Assembly: GCA_040954595.2 (NCBI GenBank)
Contig: CM082580.2
Span: 13,814,242 to 13,878,241 of the forward strand
DNA from: Balanoglossus misakiensis
Taxonomy: Eukaryota > Animalia > Hemichordata
DNA: 64,000 bases
Direction of reading: 5' to 3'
Shown here: positions 41,423-60,599 of the stretch, piece by piece
How the letters are laid out: each line of letters opens with the position of its first letter
Position numbering within the stretch: position 1 is the stretch's first letter
Notes under the pieces: generated by a model
Told to the model about the DNA's origin: nothing
Database searches by the model: none
The model's input: only the letters and a program-made list of their open reading frames with translations
Position numbers and translations under genes: made by a program

Positions 41423-41788
41423 ATGGTAGTTCAGTGGTCAAGGGCTGCTGTCCTTAGTTTGTACCGGAGGCTCCTTCGTGAGGGACAAAAACTGAAGTAC
41501 ACAGACAGAGACTATTACAAGGACTACATCAAGAAAGAATTCAGAAACAACATGAACCTTGTTGAACAGACAGAAAAACAAAAGCAACTTGAGGTATATG
41601 AATGTTTGTGATCAAGCTTGCATGCTTCAAAGTAAATGTGACATTTAGAGATTTGTATGTTGACTGAAAGATTCTGTCTACATTTTAGCCTCAGTGAGAC
41701 ACAGTATTTAGAATAATCCCTTCCCTCTCTCATATTCTTCCAGAAAGGACATTATTTCCTGCAGTCCAAACTTGGTGGGCTTCTGTGA
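41423..41788 (+). CDS. LYR-motif microprotein homologous to the MIEF1 upstream-ORF protein (AltMiD51/L0R8F8; mitoribosome and complex I assembly factor)
   Basis: Exons 41423-41593 and 41744-41788 give MVVQWSRAAVLSLYRRLLREGQKLKYTDRDYYKDYIKKEFRNNMNLVEQTEKQKQLEKGHYFLQSKLGGLL* (71 aa), closely matching the human pattern WSREAVLSLYRALLRQG..L.YTDRD....IRREFR.N.......RQLEKG..FL..KLG as I recall it. Confidence 0.92.
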
Positions 41789-42420
41789 GTACACCAGGTG
41801 AGTAGAAGTAACTGTCATAGAAGTGATATATTCTCTATGTTTGTTTTGCTAAGTTCTTCAGTGTATAACATTGCAGACTAAACTTCGTGACCATCATCAC
41901 ACTCTTTATTCCCTTTACTTTCTGTAGGCAGTTCCATGGGAAGACAACCATACAATAAGGAAAGAAGCTTGGTATCATCCCAGACTTCTGGCCAATACCC
42001 AAGAACTTGCACTGTTTCTGGATGGACCATACCACCTTAAGTGTCTCAAGGGTCTGTGGGTGGATATATTATGAGCAAGAGATGATGGAGAGAAAAAGAA
42101 GCATTCCAGTTGTTATCAAAGTGGAAAGTTATATGTTTGATCATCTTGGGTTTAGGGTTATCTGTATCAGAGTGATCCATGCTTTGTCAAGTTTACACCA
42201 AATTCATCAAAGTTTGGGCATTTTCCCCCTTGGTTGCATTTCAGTTGTAATATATTTTGTATAAGTACGCCTCCAGTACTATTTAATGAATAAAATCAAT
42301 AAACATTTCTGTAAACATCACTCATGTTGGTTTCTCTGTCTAAGGCTTGTATCGTGTATGTTTCATGCGCCCTCTAGTGGTTAGATTACACAATCTTTCT
42401 TATATGAATGAAGTTTCAAA

Positions 42421-45400
42421 ATGGCTGCCCCCAGTATGAAGCATCTGACCGACCCAAACTTTGGAAAGCCTCCTGACAAGCAACACCAGGTAAAGTGATC
42501 ATCGTATTCATGCGGACTCCGAGTTTTATACCGGTCTCGGTTTTCTGTAAACTAAGCATGGTGTAATTTACGAGGTCACTTTTAGCGTAAAAGATGCCAC
42601 ATGGTCGATGCACGTGGTTCAGAGGTGGCACGTGTACGTGTAAACATTGCAGTATCGTGGTTTGGGGGTTTGGACCACATAGGTTGCCCAATACCGGGAA
42701 AAACCTTGATCATTTGCAGTACTGCAGCTAATGTAAACTATGCCGCTGCAGTAGCATACTTGTTCATTGCACGCATAGTTAATAGAGGTGGAGATCACAC
42801 AGACCTGTACGCAAAACTAATGTAAACGATAGTCGGTGACTGAAGGCATGCAGTCACCTTTTGCTGACTGTTTTGTCGATAATTAGCTACAGTTGCCATG
42901 GAAACAGTCACATGAAAGTGAAGATCCAACCAATTACAGAGTTCCATGAGGTTGCCATGGTAACAATTGCGCCACCACATGGTCATTTGAAGACTTGACA
43001 CACCCCTTTACCCATATATGGGCATATGCAACTTAGAAGTTTTTGTGTGCAAATTTAGCATTTTCAAGTTTTAAAAAATAAACCACTTCTGATGCGGAAA
43101 TAATTTAACAGAAAAGGAATTATATTTATGGAAATGTAGTATTGAACTATTCTGATCATGTTGCAGGCTTTGCAAGAACTAACCAAACCACACATAGAAT
43201 CTTTTAATTTTATGCTGAAAGAAGGACTGAAACTAGCCATTCAGGACATGCCACCAATTGAATTCTCACTCCAATCTAGCCAGAGGATATCCTTGTCATT
43301 CACTGTAAGTAGTCAAACAGTACTCCGGATGTATTGAAATGTGTCTATTGGTTTCCCATTTGCCACAGAACATACACTGACTCTTGTTTTGTTCGTTATT
43401 TCAGGATATATCTGTTGGTGTTCCAACTGTTGCACAAGGCAATCTTCATGCTTCCACATTAAAAGTTTTTCCAACAGAAGTGAGTGCATTAATTGTCAAA
43501 ATGAAAAAAAAATTCTCATTTGATTTATCATATACATTAGAAATGTTAAAAGTAAGGAAATGTTACTGCTGAACATGCATATACACTGCAAACACTGTAA
43601 AATACTGCTTCTTTGTATATTTTGTCTTCATGCAGTGTAGAGAAAGAGGTACAACGTACAAAGCCAGACTGAGAGCCCAGGTGTGCTGGAAACTAAACAA
43701 CTCTGCAGCAAACTCGTTAGACTGTCAGCTTGGTGAAATTCCAATAATGATCAAGGTGAGATGAGTTAACTCTATAAAATTCCCTAAGTGAGCACCTATA
43801 GCATTTTCATTTCATAAAGATAATTGACCATGGCAACGTTGGTTATCCTGTTGTGCAAGCAACAGAGAGTACAGTAGATTCACTATGTGAGGCACACTCT
43901 GTTCCAATAGACATTTGATGTCCATGATTTGGTCCAATTTTTTCCCTCACAACAGTATAACCCAGTCAGTAACCTCTTTCAGTTTTCCACTCGTCCTCAT
44001 GTGGAGCTGATCATATTGACTGGTACATTGTTCCAGAAATGTCTGTTTATGAAGTTTTAAGTCTTGATATTGATTTTCACAGTGTGGCGTAAAATAGCTG
44101 TGGTGTCTTTTTTCCCTTCACTGCAGTCTGACAACTGTAATTTAAGCAAGTTATCACCGACTGAATTAATAAAACGAGGCGAAGAAGTGGAGGAGATGGG
44201 GGGTTATTTTATCATTAACGGTATCGAGAGAGTCATCAGAATGCTTGTACTGCCCAGGAGGAATTTTGTGAGTATTTCATTACAACTAGTTTGTACAACC
44301 AACTGGCTACTTTGCATTTACTTTGTACAAAACGATACAGCTATTCTCAAATTGCTCCTTGGATTTTTCTACTGTACTGTGTTATGATAAAACAATATTT
44401 TTTCTCTTTAATAGGCCCTGGCAATTTCCAGGCCAGCGTGGAAATCCAGAGGCAAGCTGTACACAGAGTATGGTGTATCAATGAGATGTGTTAAGAATGA
44501 TCAAAGTGCCATGGTAGGTGGATTTCTTGCTGTAGGTGGTGTTGTGTGTAGGATTGTAACAGTGCGTACATTCACTCTTATGGCTTCATCAAAACCATTA
44601 CACACAAATATATCTGTACGTAATGTAACATAGAAGTACATCTGTGTAATAATGTAACAAACTTGTCTGTAATGTAACAACAAACAGACTAATATATTAC
44701 ATACATCCTACTCACAATGTTGATCTGATCTCTGTTGACAGAACATGGTGGTTCACTATCTCAGCAACGGAACAGCGATGCTGTGTTTTACATTCCGTAA
44801 AGAACAGTTTTTCATCCCAGTGGTAATCATACTGAAGGTAAGAGATTTGATATTGTCACGGTATTCATGTTTGGCCATGCCATCTTATAAAGTACTAAGT
44901 AAAAATTTCTGACCCTATTTTATTTTCTCTCATGAAGGCTCTGATTGATACAACAGATCAGCATATATACCAAGAGTTAATGAAAGGAAGAGAGTCTAAT
45001 ACTTACTATAAAGGGTAAGAAAGTTTTCTTCTAATTGCTTCATAATACTTGTAATGTAAGAAATATATACTTATAGTACATGGTTTGAATTTCCACACAG
45101 TTGTGTTACTGCAATGCTGCGACAGGCTCAGCATCAGGGACTCACCTCACAAAGGAGTATTCTGAAATTCCTGGGGGAGAGATTTCGCATCAAGCTAGGT
45201 CTCCCAGATCACTACACTGATGTAGAAGTCGGCCAGTTTCTCATGAGGCAGTGCATCTGCACACATCTAAGTGATGATCTGGACAAATTCAACACTGTAA
45301 TGTGAGTATTTAGTATCTGTGTGTTGTTTAGGACACATCTCACACTTGTTAAGTGTTTTGCAAAGAACGTGACCAACCAGAAACAGCTTCGTTTGAAATG

Positions 45401-48400
45401 CAATGATCTTTCATATGTAGTTGATCATTGTGTAGTGTATAAATACATTTGTACATGTATATGAATTCTGGAGTTCTGTTACATTTTATTTCAGATACAT
45501 GGTACGCAAGTTATTTTCCTTTGCAAGAGGAGAGTGCGCAGCAGATAACACTGACAGTCCAATGAACCAGGAAGTACTTCTTGGAGGTCATCTATATCTT
45601 ATGACTTTGAAGGTAAATTAAAAAGTGCATGTTGTTATCTATCTATCATGTTTGATTTCTACCATCTTTATTCGCCGGTAGTACATGCAAGGGGCAATCA
45701 TCATGCAGTTTTCATGCACTTGTTGTACAGATTAGTCTTGAAATATTTTTTCTTTCATTTTTTCAGGAGAAGCTGGAAAATTGGTTGCTGTCTTTGAGAA
45801 ATACAATTGAAAAGATCTCCAAAGATAAAGGGGAGAGCTTTGTACTGAATGCAAGTGAGTTGTGAGAAGTTCATCTTCTTTTACCCATCATTTATATTAT
45901 TTACCCTGTGGCATGTCCAACTCCCAAGATTTTACTGTCTGTTTCTCTTTGATTTGTGGTCTGTCTTGTGTATTTAGAATCAAATTGAGCACTGATATGA
46001 TTCTTTCCCACTTACAAACCAATCTGTCTATATTTATTTATCAATAAGGTGTGTTGAATAGTGCTGTTAGGAAAATTACTTTAGTGTCACAAGCCATGGA
46101 ATATCTATTAGCCACTGGTAATCTCCAATCCAGGACGGGTCTTGGTCTTATGCAGGTAATGTTATTTCCAATATTTTGAAAGCAAAATTGAAGGATGAGA
46201 TTAAGTGGCATCTATAATTTTTGTGCTGCCAACACCATTAGAGACATTGTCTAAATAAATCCTTCTCTTGTCCCAGGCAAGTGGTCTGACAGTGGTGGCA
46301 GACAAGCTCAACTTCTGGAGATATGTGTCTCACTTTCGATGTATTCACAGAGGTGCCTTTTTCTCTGAAATGAGAACCACAGCAGTGCGGAAACTTCTCC
46401 CGGAAGCTTGGGGTGAGAAAGTTCTTTATGTTGTTTTTTATGGGGGGGGGTGATATTTTGATATTTATGGTTTCATTTGCGTTATTTCTGTATTCCAGGG
46501 TTTCTGTGTCCTGTCCACACTCCTGATGGTGCTCCTTGTGGTCTTTTGAACCACATGACTGCTGCTTGCCAGGTGAGGTTCTCCAGGCCAAATTTACCAG
46601 TATGAAGGATATTTTTCCATGGTATTTATTCACTGATTGTGAAGTGAAAGCAACTGAAATGTGTCTGACATGAAAGACAGCTCATGAGGTCAGCTTGTAT
46701 TACAAAATAAAAAAATCAGCTAAACAATGTCTTTCCCCAAACTTTTTTACAGATTGTAAATACACAGCCTTTGACAGCACACTTGAACAAATTACTGTGC
46801 AGTCTTGGAATGAGTTCGCTTGATAGCCCTCCACCAACAGTAGCATCATCATGCTATGAAGTCGTCCTGGATGGGTGCGTTTTGGGCAGGGTGTCCATGG
46901 AGACGGCAACAGAGTTTGTGGATAAACTGAGACTCTTGAAAGTCCAAGGGAAACAAAGGGTAGGAGGATTTTTCACTTTCTGTTTATTCATGATTGAGTT
47001 GGATATGTGTAGATGTTTCTGTGAAATCAATGAATCTCCTTCAGGAAAGTTAGAGCTGTATCAAAAGATATCAAAGAATAGGACAACTTGTGGCACATTG
47101 TCATTGGTCATTGCAAGTGACAATCTAATGAAATATCATGTGATCATATCTTATCAGGTGCCTTCAATGATGGAAATTGTCCTGGTACCCATGACTGGGA
47201 AAGCCAGTCAGTATCCGGGTATTTATTTATTCACAACATCGGCAAGACTTATGAGACCAGTCCTGAACCTAACAACCAACACACAGGAAATGATTGGTAC
47301 ATTTGAACAGGTATGTTTCACAGTGTTTTTGCTATAGTCACTGAGTACGGTCTGAAAATGCAAAAGTAGACAAAAACCCTTTGCATCTGCTTTTCAGTTA
47401 CATGGATATAAATATAACTTTGCTCCTTTCTTTATAGGTGTACATGAATATAGCAGTAATCGCACAGGAAATCCATGAAGGGGTAAGAGATGTTATTTGA
47501 TCATCACCACAAAACTAGAAAATGAAAATCGTGTTGACATTTACACCAATTGTGCATAACAGGGTAAATGAAGCTTTTTGAACAGGTTTGAAGATCTGCC
47601 TATCATTTAAGCATAGGCAGTTGATATGATAACTTAGCAGTTTAACCTCAAAATTTACTGCTGTACTCTATGGCTCCATTATTTGACATGTAACTATCAT
47701 TTCAGTTGACCACTCACATGGAATTGAGTGAAACGAGTTTACTGAGCGCAGTGGCCAGTTTGACCCCATACTCTGACTTCAATCAAAGTCCTCGAAATAT
47801 GTACCAGTGTCAGGTAAGAAATTACAGACTCAGTGAACACTCTTTTTGTGGTTTTATATATCCTCTCATAAAATATCAGCTGTCCCACAAGAGCAGGTTT
47901 TACAGAACAGGAATTGTCATGCCCCTTAAAATCATGAGATTCTTGTTGCTAACCGGAGTACTTGACCTTTTCAACTGGTTTTAATGACACTGAACAATGC
48001 AAAAGAGTTACATTCAATTGGTGAATGGCAATGCGAGCAGGTAGTGTGTACAGACCGTGACCTTCGACCCAGATCCTCAGTGCTTGGTTACCGAAACCTG
48101 CAGTCTAGTACCCAAAACCTGGCAATTTGCCAAATTAGTTCAAATGAACACCATTTCTGTTTGCATATCAAATAACTTGCAAAATAATATATTTTTGTTA
48201 TGATCTCCAGATGGGAAAGCAAACGATGGGAACACCGTCGTACACTTACCAACACAGAACGGATAATAAATTATACAGACTACAAACTCCACAGAGTCCA
48301 TTAGTGAGAACCCAGTCGTATGATCAATATGGATTTGATCACTACCCAGTTGGAACCAATGCTGTTGTTGCGGTCATATCATATACTGTGAGTGTTATAC

Positions 48401-50724
48401 AGCATACAAAAATCAGAAGTTGGTGCATGAGGAAATGTCTGTTTATTACTCTGTACATGCTTACAAACCATGAAACTGCCAGTCCAGGCAAAAAGACAGA
48501 GCACCATATAATGTCTTTTGCTTTGGTTGCCAGGGTTACGACATGGAAGATGCCATGATTCTCAACAAAGGTTCCTATGAGAGAGGCTTTGCACACGGCA
48601 CTATTTACAAAACAGAGGAAGTGAATTTGAAGAAAATCACGGGTGAAAAGCACAGCAGGAGAGTGACACATGTCTTTGGTAAAAATGATAACCTTTAACC
48701 TTTATTTCTGAGAATGAACTTTGGATGTTCACTTATGTTCACTTGAAAGTTTGGTGGAGATTTATTGAATGTACTGTTTCATCCAGTGTCCCTCATCACA
48801 GTAACATGTCACACTTTCCTCGCACTCCTCCATCAATAGGCTGCCTCCCTGGTGACAAAAGAACTCAAGGTCGTCTTGACATTGATGGCTTTCCACCAGT
48901 TGGTGCAGTGTTACAGCCTGGTGACCCTCTGTTTGGGTAAGTGACGACAAACTTGGTAAAATTTGTGTCCCCAGTTTAAAGTGCTAAGAATGTGATAGAG
49001 GCAGAAAGAAGCTAAGATGAACAAAAATGTGTTGTTGTTTTTCCCAAAAAAAATAATTTTCTCACTATGTTATCTTCAGGTTCATCAACACGGAAACAGG
49101 GGACGCCCGAACTATTCCCTTCAAACATCATGAAGTTGCCGTTGTTGATAACATTAAGATGTGTGGTGATGATCTTGGAAAATATGAGTGCCAGAAAGCA
49201 TATATTATACTAAGGATTCAGGTGAGTACGGCTGTAAGATTAGCTATATCACATGGTTTTGTTGTCAAAATAATGGCATTACACCAAAATTATTCTTTTC
49301 TGTCCACAGAGGAATCCAACCATTGGTGACAAATTCTCAAGTCGGCATGGCCAGAAAGGTGTCTGCAGTCAACTGTGGCCGGTTGAAAACATGCCGTTTA
49401 CGGAGAGCGGAATGACACCAGACATCATCTTCAATCCCCATGGTTTCCCATCACGTATGACAATAGGTGTGTTGACATGGCAACAATTCCCTTGACTGAT
49501 GTGTCTATGCGTTGAACTAAGATTTGATAAAAATGTTTCGTTCAAAATTGTACTATGTATTTGGTTTACATTTACTCATGAATGTATGAGTGTTGCGTGA
49601 GGTTAATATCTAAACCTGTATCTTCCACCAGGCATGATGATAGAAAGTATGGCAGGAAAATCAGGTGCTCTACACGGTCTCTGCCATGATGGAACTCCAT
49701 TTACTTTCTCTGAAGACAACCCGGCCATTGACTACTTTGGAAAACTTCTCAGTGCAGGTCAGTGCAGTACACACTTTATCAGTGATATAGTAACGTAACT
49801 TTGTGGTGGTGTTGGAAATGGGACCAATTGTCATCATGGTCAATCACCTTTGAGATTGAGGACTTTGTTTTGTCTCTACAGCTGGTTATAACTACTACGG
49901 TAATGAACGCTTGTACAGCGGTGTTGATGGAAGGGAGTTAGAAGCGGACATCTTTGTAGGCGTGGTGTACTATCAAAGATTGAGACATATGGTGGAAGAC
50001 AAATTTCAAGTGAGTCAAATATTGAGATAAAAATATTGGATTGGTTAGAAACAACCAGCTCCATTTATGCCATTCAGAAATGAAGCTATGCTATGAAATT
50101 TTATATTCCAATGCAACTGACTAATACCTACGCATTGTTCAATCTGCCCATCACAGGTGCGTACAACTGGACCAGTTGATATTCTCACCCACCAACCGGT
50201 CAAAGGCAGGCGACGAGCTGGTGGAATACGGTTTGGTGAAATGGAGCGTGATGCACTTCTGTCACATGGAACATCATTTCTGCTTCAAGACAGACTTGTT
50301 AATTGTTCAGACTATTCAATAGTGAGTGGTGTTTCTGAAGATTTTATTTTCTGATTTGAAGTTTTTGACTTCTGCTGCCGTAGACTTTTATTCAACTTTT
50401 GCAACTCAGAACTCAATTGTTTCTTTATTGTCAATTCAAGAAATACATGTTTAAATGTCCAGACAACATAAATAAAACACTTCTCATAAACACTTTATTC
50501 CACAGACCCAGATGTGCACCAAGTGTGGCAGTTTTCAAGGCATAATTCAACACAAGAAATCAGTGATTCTGGAAGGTGGCTCCTCAAACTCATCCTCACA
50601 GTGGTACTGCAGAATATGCAAGTCTTCAGATCACATCGAGATCATCTCTGTACCGTATGTATTGAGATACTTACTGGCTGAGTTGGCAGCTATGAATATC
50701 AAGACTACTTTAGATGTCAAATAA
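42421..50724 (+). CDS. POLR1B: RNA polymerase I second-largest subunit RPA2, 27 exons
   Basis: [107 protein letters not shown]-terminal Zn finger. All introns GT-AG. Confidence 0.98.
42892..42964. promoter_or_regulatory. Pair of RFX X-box motifs in POLR1B intron 1
   Basis: GTTGCCATGGAAAC (42892-42905) and GTTGCCATGGTAAC (42951-42964). Confidence 0.5.
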
Positions 50725-51955
50725 ACAGACTTTTGAATGTACAGCTTCAGTCAAGATGATCAACAAAGCCTCTGTCAGTGTGCCAACATTGATCAGTGCT
50801 GGTTAACTTCATGAAAGTACAGAAGGTAGGAAGATTGGATGTAGTGAGGCATGCTGAATGGACAGTGTCCAAGGACAATTGATACAATGTACAAGACAAC
50901 TTTGATGTCAAGTAAACATCATTTTTTTCCCTACAACTGCCAATATTAAAGAAGTTATTATGAAATGATTTTATGTTCAAGCATCAATCTGTTCATGCAA
51001 AATTGCCAGGATCTGTTGCCAGTTTCTACAGATGACTGTTGACTCATGTTGCAAAGGTCATGTTTGTACCCATTCACCTGCTCGGTGGAGATATTTATCA
51101 AGATTTGCACTCAGAATACTACCCTACATGGAGGTTATCAACTGTCTATGACCTTTCCACTGAGTGAACCTATCACCATCTATTACACACACGCCCCCTC
51201 AGACAGATTGCCAGATTTCAGTGACCTACCACACACTAGGTCAAGCCAGCTGAAGAACTTCTTGTATCTTTCAGAATCAATATGCAAACATACAACAGCA
51301 CACAGGAACACAACAGACCAGTGTTGAGTTTATGAACCCAGTTTTTATTTTGTTATTTCATGGAAATGTACAGGGATAAAATGCGTCACCTGAGAACTTC
51401 CAGTTCTAAAAAGTATCATTTAAAAAAGACATTAGTAATTGTGATTTGTACACACTAGCTGAAAACTGTACATCCCAGGTTATGGCCTTTGTTTTGCTGG
51501 TATTTTTTTTCTCCAAATTACTGAACAAAATTAAAGTGATTAACTTCTTAGCAAGCTTCAAGAAGAATAAATACAAACAACACACATTACATAAGTTGGG
51601 GCCAATTGGTGGGACACCTACAATCTGTAATACAATCCATAAATAAAATCTGTTATGTTGCAAATAACCTTGGAGATTTATATTTAAAAATCTCAACAGG
51701 GCCTTGATATGCTACATCCATGACCCATAAATGAAGAAGAATAACTTCAAACTACCAAAACTGATGTCAAACTCCCACAAGAGGTTTTATTGTCATTTAG
51801 TTGATGTTGAACTTGATTATTGTCGCTGTTTTGATCACTTTCAAACAAGTCAGCTGCACACGGCAAAATAAAATCCAGTTCCGGTATAAATCGCCAAGGT
51901 TACAAGAGACAGGTTTATTGGAACACAGGAGGTGACTTCATCCGTCATGCCCTCG

Positions 51956-52514
51956 TTAATTTGATGTGGACTCCTTGAGGTATGCAATAAGATCTGCCCT
52001 CTCTTTCTTCTTTTTGAGACCAGCGAAGATCATTTTGGTGCCAGGGATGTATTTCTTGGGGTTCTCAAGGTAAACCCACAACGTGTCCTCTCCCCAGGTG
52101 ATACCTGAAGTAAAATATAAAACATGTATCTAAATCAGAAGATGACACTCAATTGTCATATAGTACCGGTATTTCTTTTATACCCTTGTGGTTTTAAAGA
52201 CAGAATAAGAAATGTACTATTGATGAACACTTACAGACTACAATATTACTCAAATTCAAAACATGGCCCACAACAAAGCCATGATAATTGATAGTAGTCA
52301 TACCCCACGTGAAGCAAAAACATTTACCTTTGTTCTTATTGGCATCAGTGTAGGAGAAGCCAGCAGCCTGGCCAGTCTTACGGCCGAACAAACCATGAAG
52401 GTTTGGACCAGTCTTGTGTTTTCCACTCTTGGTAACTGTGTGGCACTGTTCACACCTTTGAACAAAGACTTTCTTGCCCTTCACAGCATCACCTTGAGGA
52501 ATTGCGTCGCCCAT
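51956..52514 (-). CDS. CYCS: Cytochrome c
   Basis: Exons 52514-52328 and 52104-51956; CEQCH heme motif, [35 protein letters not shown]. Probable 5'UTR exon ending at 53414 (GTAAG donor), acceptor before 52527. Confidence 0.99.
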
Positions 52515-52759
52515 ATTTGGGATTTATCTGGAAAATATGAGAAAACAGTCACTGTAGATGTGTACTACATGATATACATGTACTAGTAAGTGTTGGCCTA
52601 TAGCAGACGAACCAGCTTACGTAACCGCGACGAATACAACTAGTAACTCTTGCACCAGGCTTTAACTTAGTGTTCCCAAATCTGCTGACACGATCGTCAC
52701 ATAACTTTTGACAATATCGTCTTACGAAATATTGGCTCATAGTGTAACACTACTACACT

Positions 52760-53570
52760 AGCTACCACGTGACATGTATATGTACTACGTGACACCGCAA
52801 ATGACCTCATTCGTCCCTCCGCGTTTGATAACCTTTGAATGGTGTGACGTCACAATGCCACGCTATGACTCTCGGCTGTAATACTTCTTAAAATGCAGGA
52901 AGTTTAAAAAATCAACCTTAAACGGCAAGATTTAACCGATTTCTCAAGAAAATATTGCTTGAAAGTTAGTATCAGTGACGATCTGTAATAAAATGTCCTT
53001 GGCGACGAAATAACATAAGTGTTCGACCGTGAACTGGGTCGATTGCACGACACGGTCAAGACTCGCGCAAAATTCTACATTTCTGAGTACTTGCAATCTG
53101 CAGTAGTCCAACTAAAACAATTGCTAGGTTGCCTTATATAAAAAGCACAAGATCAGTCCAAAAGTGATCTTAGGACCACGAAAATCATAAAATGTGGACC
53201 CTGACCCGAAAAAAGAGGGTGGTTGACGTGCACGTACGCCGAACGAGACGCCGGTAAAACCGCCACATTCTCGATCTCGAGACAGCTGCCGAAAAAACAC
53301 AGCAGATGTACACAGAAAACCATAAAAATCAAACTGGTATATCTATACATAGTGAATTAAAGGGTCTGATGGGTACACATGAATATCAATGCGAAATGTA
53401 GGCAGAAACTTACCGAAAATGTTGCGCTCCAGTCACTACCAAACGTGTTCTCGCGAACGTGAAAATGCCGAGGTCACCAACGACGCATGCGTACGGGTTA
53501 TATGACATAAAAGATTCCAAAAAAGGAAACGAACAGAAAAACGCCGGTTATGCGGTGATTGGATTGGTCA
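52760..53570. promoter_or_regulatory. Cytochrome c promoter and first-intron motifs (NRF-1-like, CRE, E-box, ERR-type half-sites, CCAAT)
   Basis: ACGCATGCGT palindrome at 53483-53492; TGTGACGTCACA at 52843-52854; CACGTG at 52766; GAGGTCA near 53470; TGACCT near 52802; GATTGGATTGG at 53557-53567. Confidence 0.55.
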
Positions 53571-54521
53571 TTCGAGACAAAACTAATTTGAATACAGAGG
53601 CAAGCGATGACGAGCTTACGCAACGCGACAAGATCATAGTGAAACGTACAATGGTAGCCGACGCACATTACACTTTTGCCAGTTTCTTGATACTCGCCCA
53701 AGCCACAGGTACTGCGAAATGTAATGTGCTATCGACGTCAGGCAATAAATGAGACATTCAAATAGAACACTATTACTATTCCATGTACCATAACGAGAAC
53801 AATCATGATGCTGCAAAGCAAATATTCCAATAAAATCTGAGAACAGACTTATTTGACCAAAATTGCCACATTAAAACAAAATTGCTGTTTCACTACTTTT
53901 TTTTATATAAATATCGAAAAGAACATAATCAAATAAAACACTATTCAACGGATGGTTCCTGAAAATATCCTCAAAGACATTATTGTAAACAGGTAAACTG
54001 TGCAAACTTAAAGTTGTGCGCATTGTACATCTCTTCCCATACGATTACACTGAGAATTGCTATAAAACTCACTTCTTCTAGTGTCATTTTCGCGATTTTT
54101 TATACATAGCTCAGTAAAGTAAAAATAAATTCATTGGTCAATCATAGACCACAAATAAAACCACGCTCTAACGATCGTATATATGGTAACATCCGCGCTT
54201 GAGATACCATAAATAAAATCTAAATACATAGGCAAGTAGTACCCAAGGAATTTTCTTAACCAAAAAAGAATAAAATGTCTACAGGAAATCGCTAAAATGG
54301 AATATAAACGCTATCTCAGTATCTGGGGCACTGTCCGATATAAAGTCCGATATATAAACAAAGTTGATCTGCGCCCTCAACTGCTCAAGGCCAATGTTTG
54401 ACTGTTTTCTGATAACTTAGGGGGCACTGTGTTGTCGCCTTGCAGATACAGACCTGGAAAGTACGTAACTACGATTGATGAATGTTATTTTATAATCTGT
54501 AATAAATTTAAAGAAGAGACA

Positions 54522-59195
<4,674 letters not shown>

Positions 59196-60223
59196 AGATT
59201 TTTCCATCAACAACAAAAGACAGGATCTGTGGAGAGTGAACAACTGACAGGGCATGGCATTCATTTTCTGTGAAGAGTAACTTTTTCCAAAAGTGACATT
59301 TTATCCTTCAGCAGATGCATTTTGCAAGTCATCAAATCTTCTTGCATGTCCCTTTTCTTGTACTACCAGTGTTTTTTTACAATACATACCAGAACTGCTT
59401 GAGTTTTTGTCAGTGAAAAATGCGTAATACAGAGAGAGTATCATTCGCAAGTAATGCCTATTAGTGAAAGTTTGATTCCTCTAGTACTAAATGACACTGT
59501 AGAATGTAGAATCACACTACATAGTCCCATGATCAATCATCTGTCACCTTGCAACCAACCTGTTAGCACCATATTGCTGCATGGAACTCAACAACTTCGA
59601 ATATTTTAATTATTGCACCTCAGAGCAGCCAAGCTGCAGCAGTTTTGCAGAATGAAACCTGAAGTCGTAAAAGAAAGGCACAAAACCATGTTGACACATT
59701 TAAGTAGAAATGTAAAATTACTTTTTTTTCTGAGCATTTTGTGTAGAAATGGATCTGTATTGTGGTATTAGAGAATTACAAAATAATATTTAGATCTTGT
59801 ATTTTTTCATTATGCCTTTTGATTTGATGAGCACCAGTAGTTGTGACTTTTCAACAAATATTTTATTCATAGCTCATGTACATAGCTTCAAGCATCTAAA
59901 GAATCAAATAAAAGTGACTTTGAAAAACTGTTCTGTATCTTTGATGGATTGAAAAAAAAAACAGTTTACTGAGTGAAATATGCATTTCAGTAACTTTCTA
60001 CTTTGACAATTGCCAGAAACTCTAGCAAATGGCAAACTTCTGTGCAAATGTTGTGCTTTCCTCTGTCGAAAAATGTGAAAGCTGAAGCTCCAACAATTGG
60101 CAAGGTGCCAACAGTCAGAAAAGAGGACAAACATGGGGTCGACGTCCGGTCAATTGTCTGGAGTTCGACTTGTACATCTGTTCCAAGAGTGCTGAGCTTA
60201 TTGACCAAGTAGTCTACCTGTTT

Positions 60224-60599
60224 CAGGTGTGCAGAAAGTAATTGACCAATCAGAATTGTTGGGGTCAGTGACAAGCAGAAACTCTGATCAACTATTGGTG
60301 ACCTAATTAATTTGACCCGCTTGTTTACCACAAAGTCATAAAATTTAAATATATATTGAAAACGCACGAAGCTCGCCAGACATTCGCATCTGTTGGTACA
60401 GACTATACTTTAGGATGCAAATACTAGTAGATAGTGACTCGATTTTGATATACACGTACGTTAATCTCTGTTCTGGATTTTTAAATGTCGCCACCAATGG
60501 CGGGTACGGCAAACTGCAGACAGTGTTGGAGGTTTTATGACGCCACTAACAGTTTTTGCAGGTGTGAAGAAAGTAGTCGACCAATCAGAATTGTTGGAG
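60224..60599. repeat. Duplicated ~40 bp module (CAGGTG E-box plus CCAAT) upstream of the HCN gene
   Basis: CAGGTGTGMAGAAAGTARTYGACCAATCAGAATTGTTGG at 60224 and 60559 (3 differences in 39 nt). Confidence 0.75.

Noticed and set aside
43801-43916. Two hairpins followed by ACA in POLR1B intron 4
   Set aside because: No ANANNA box in the hinge, and the ACA is too far from the stem base.
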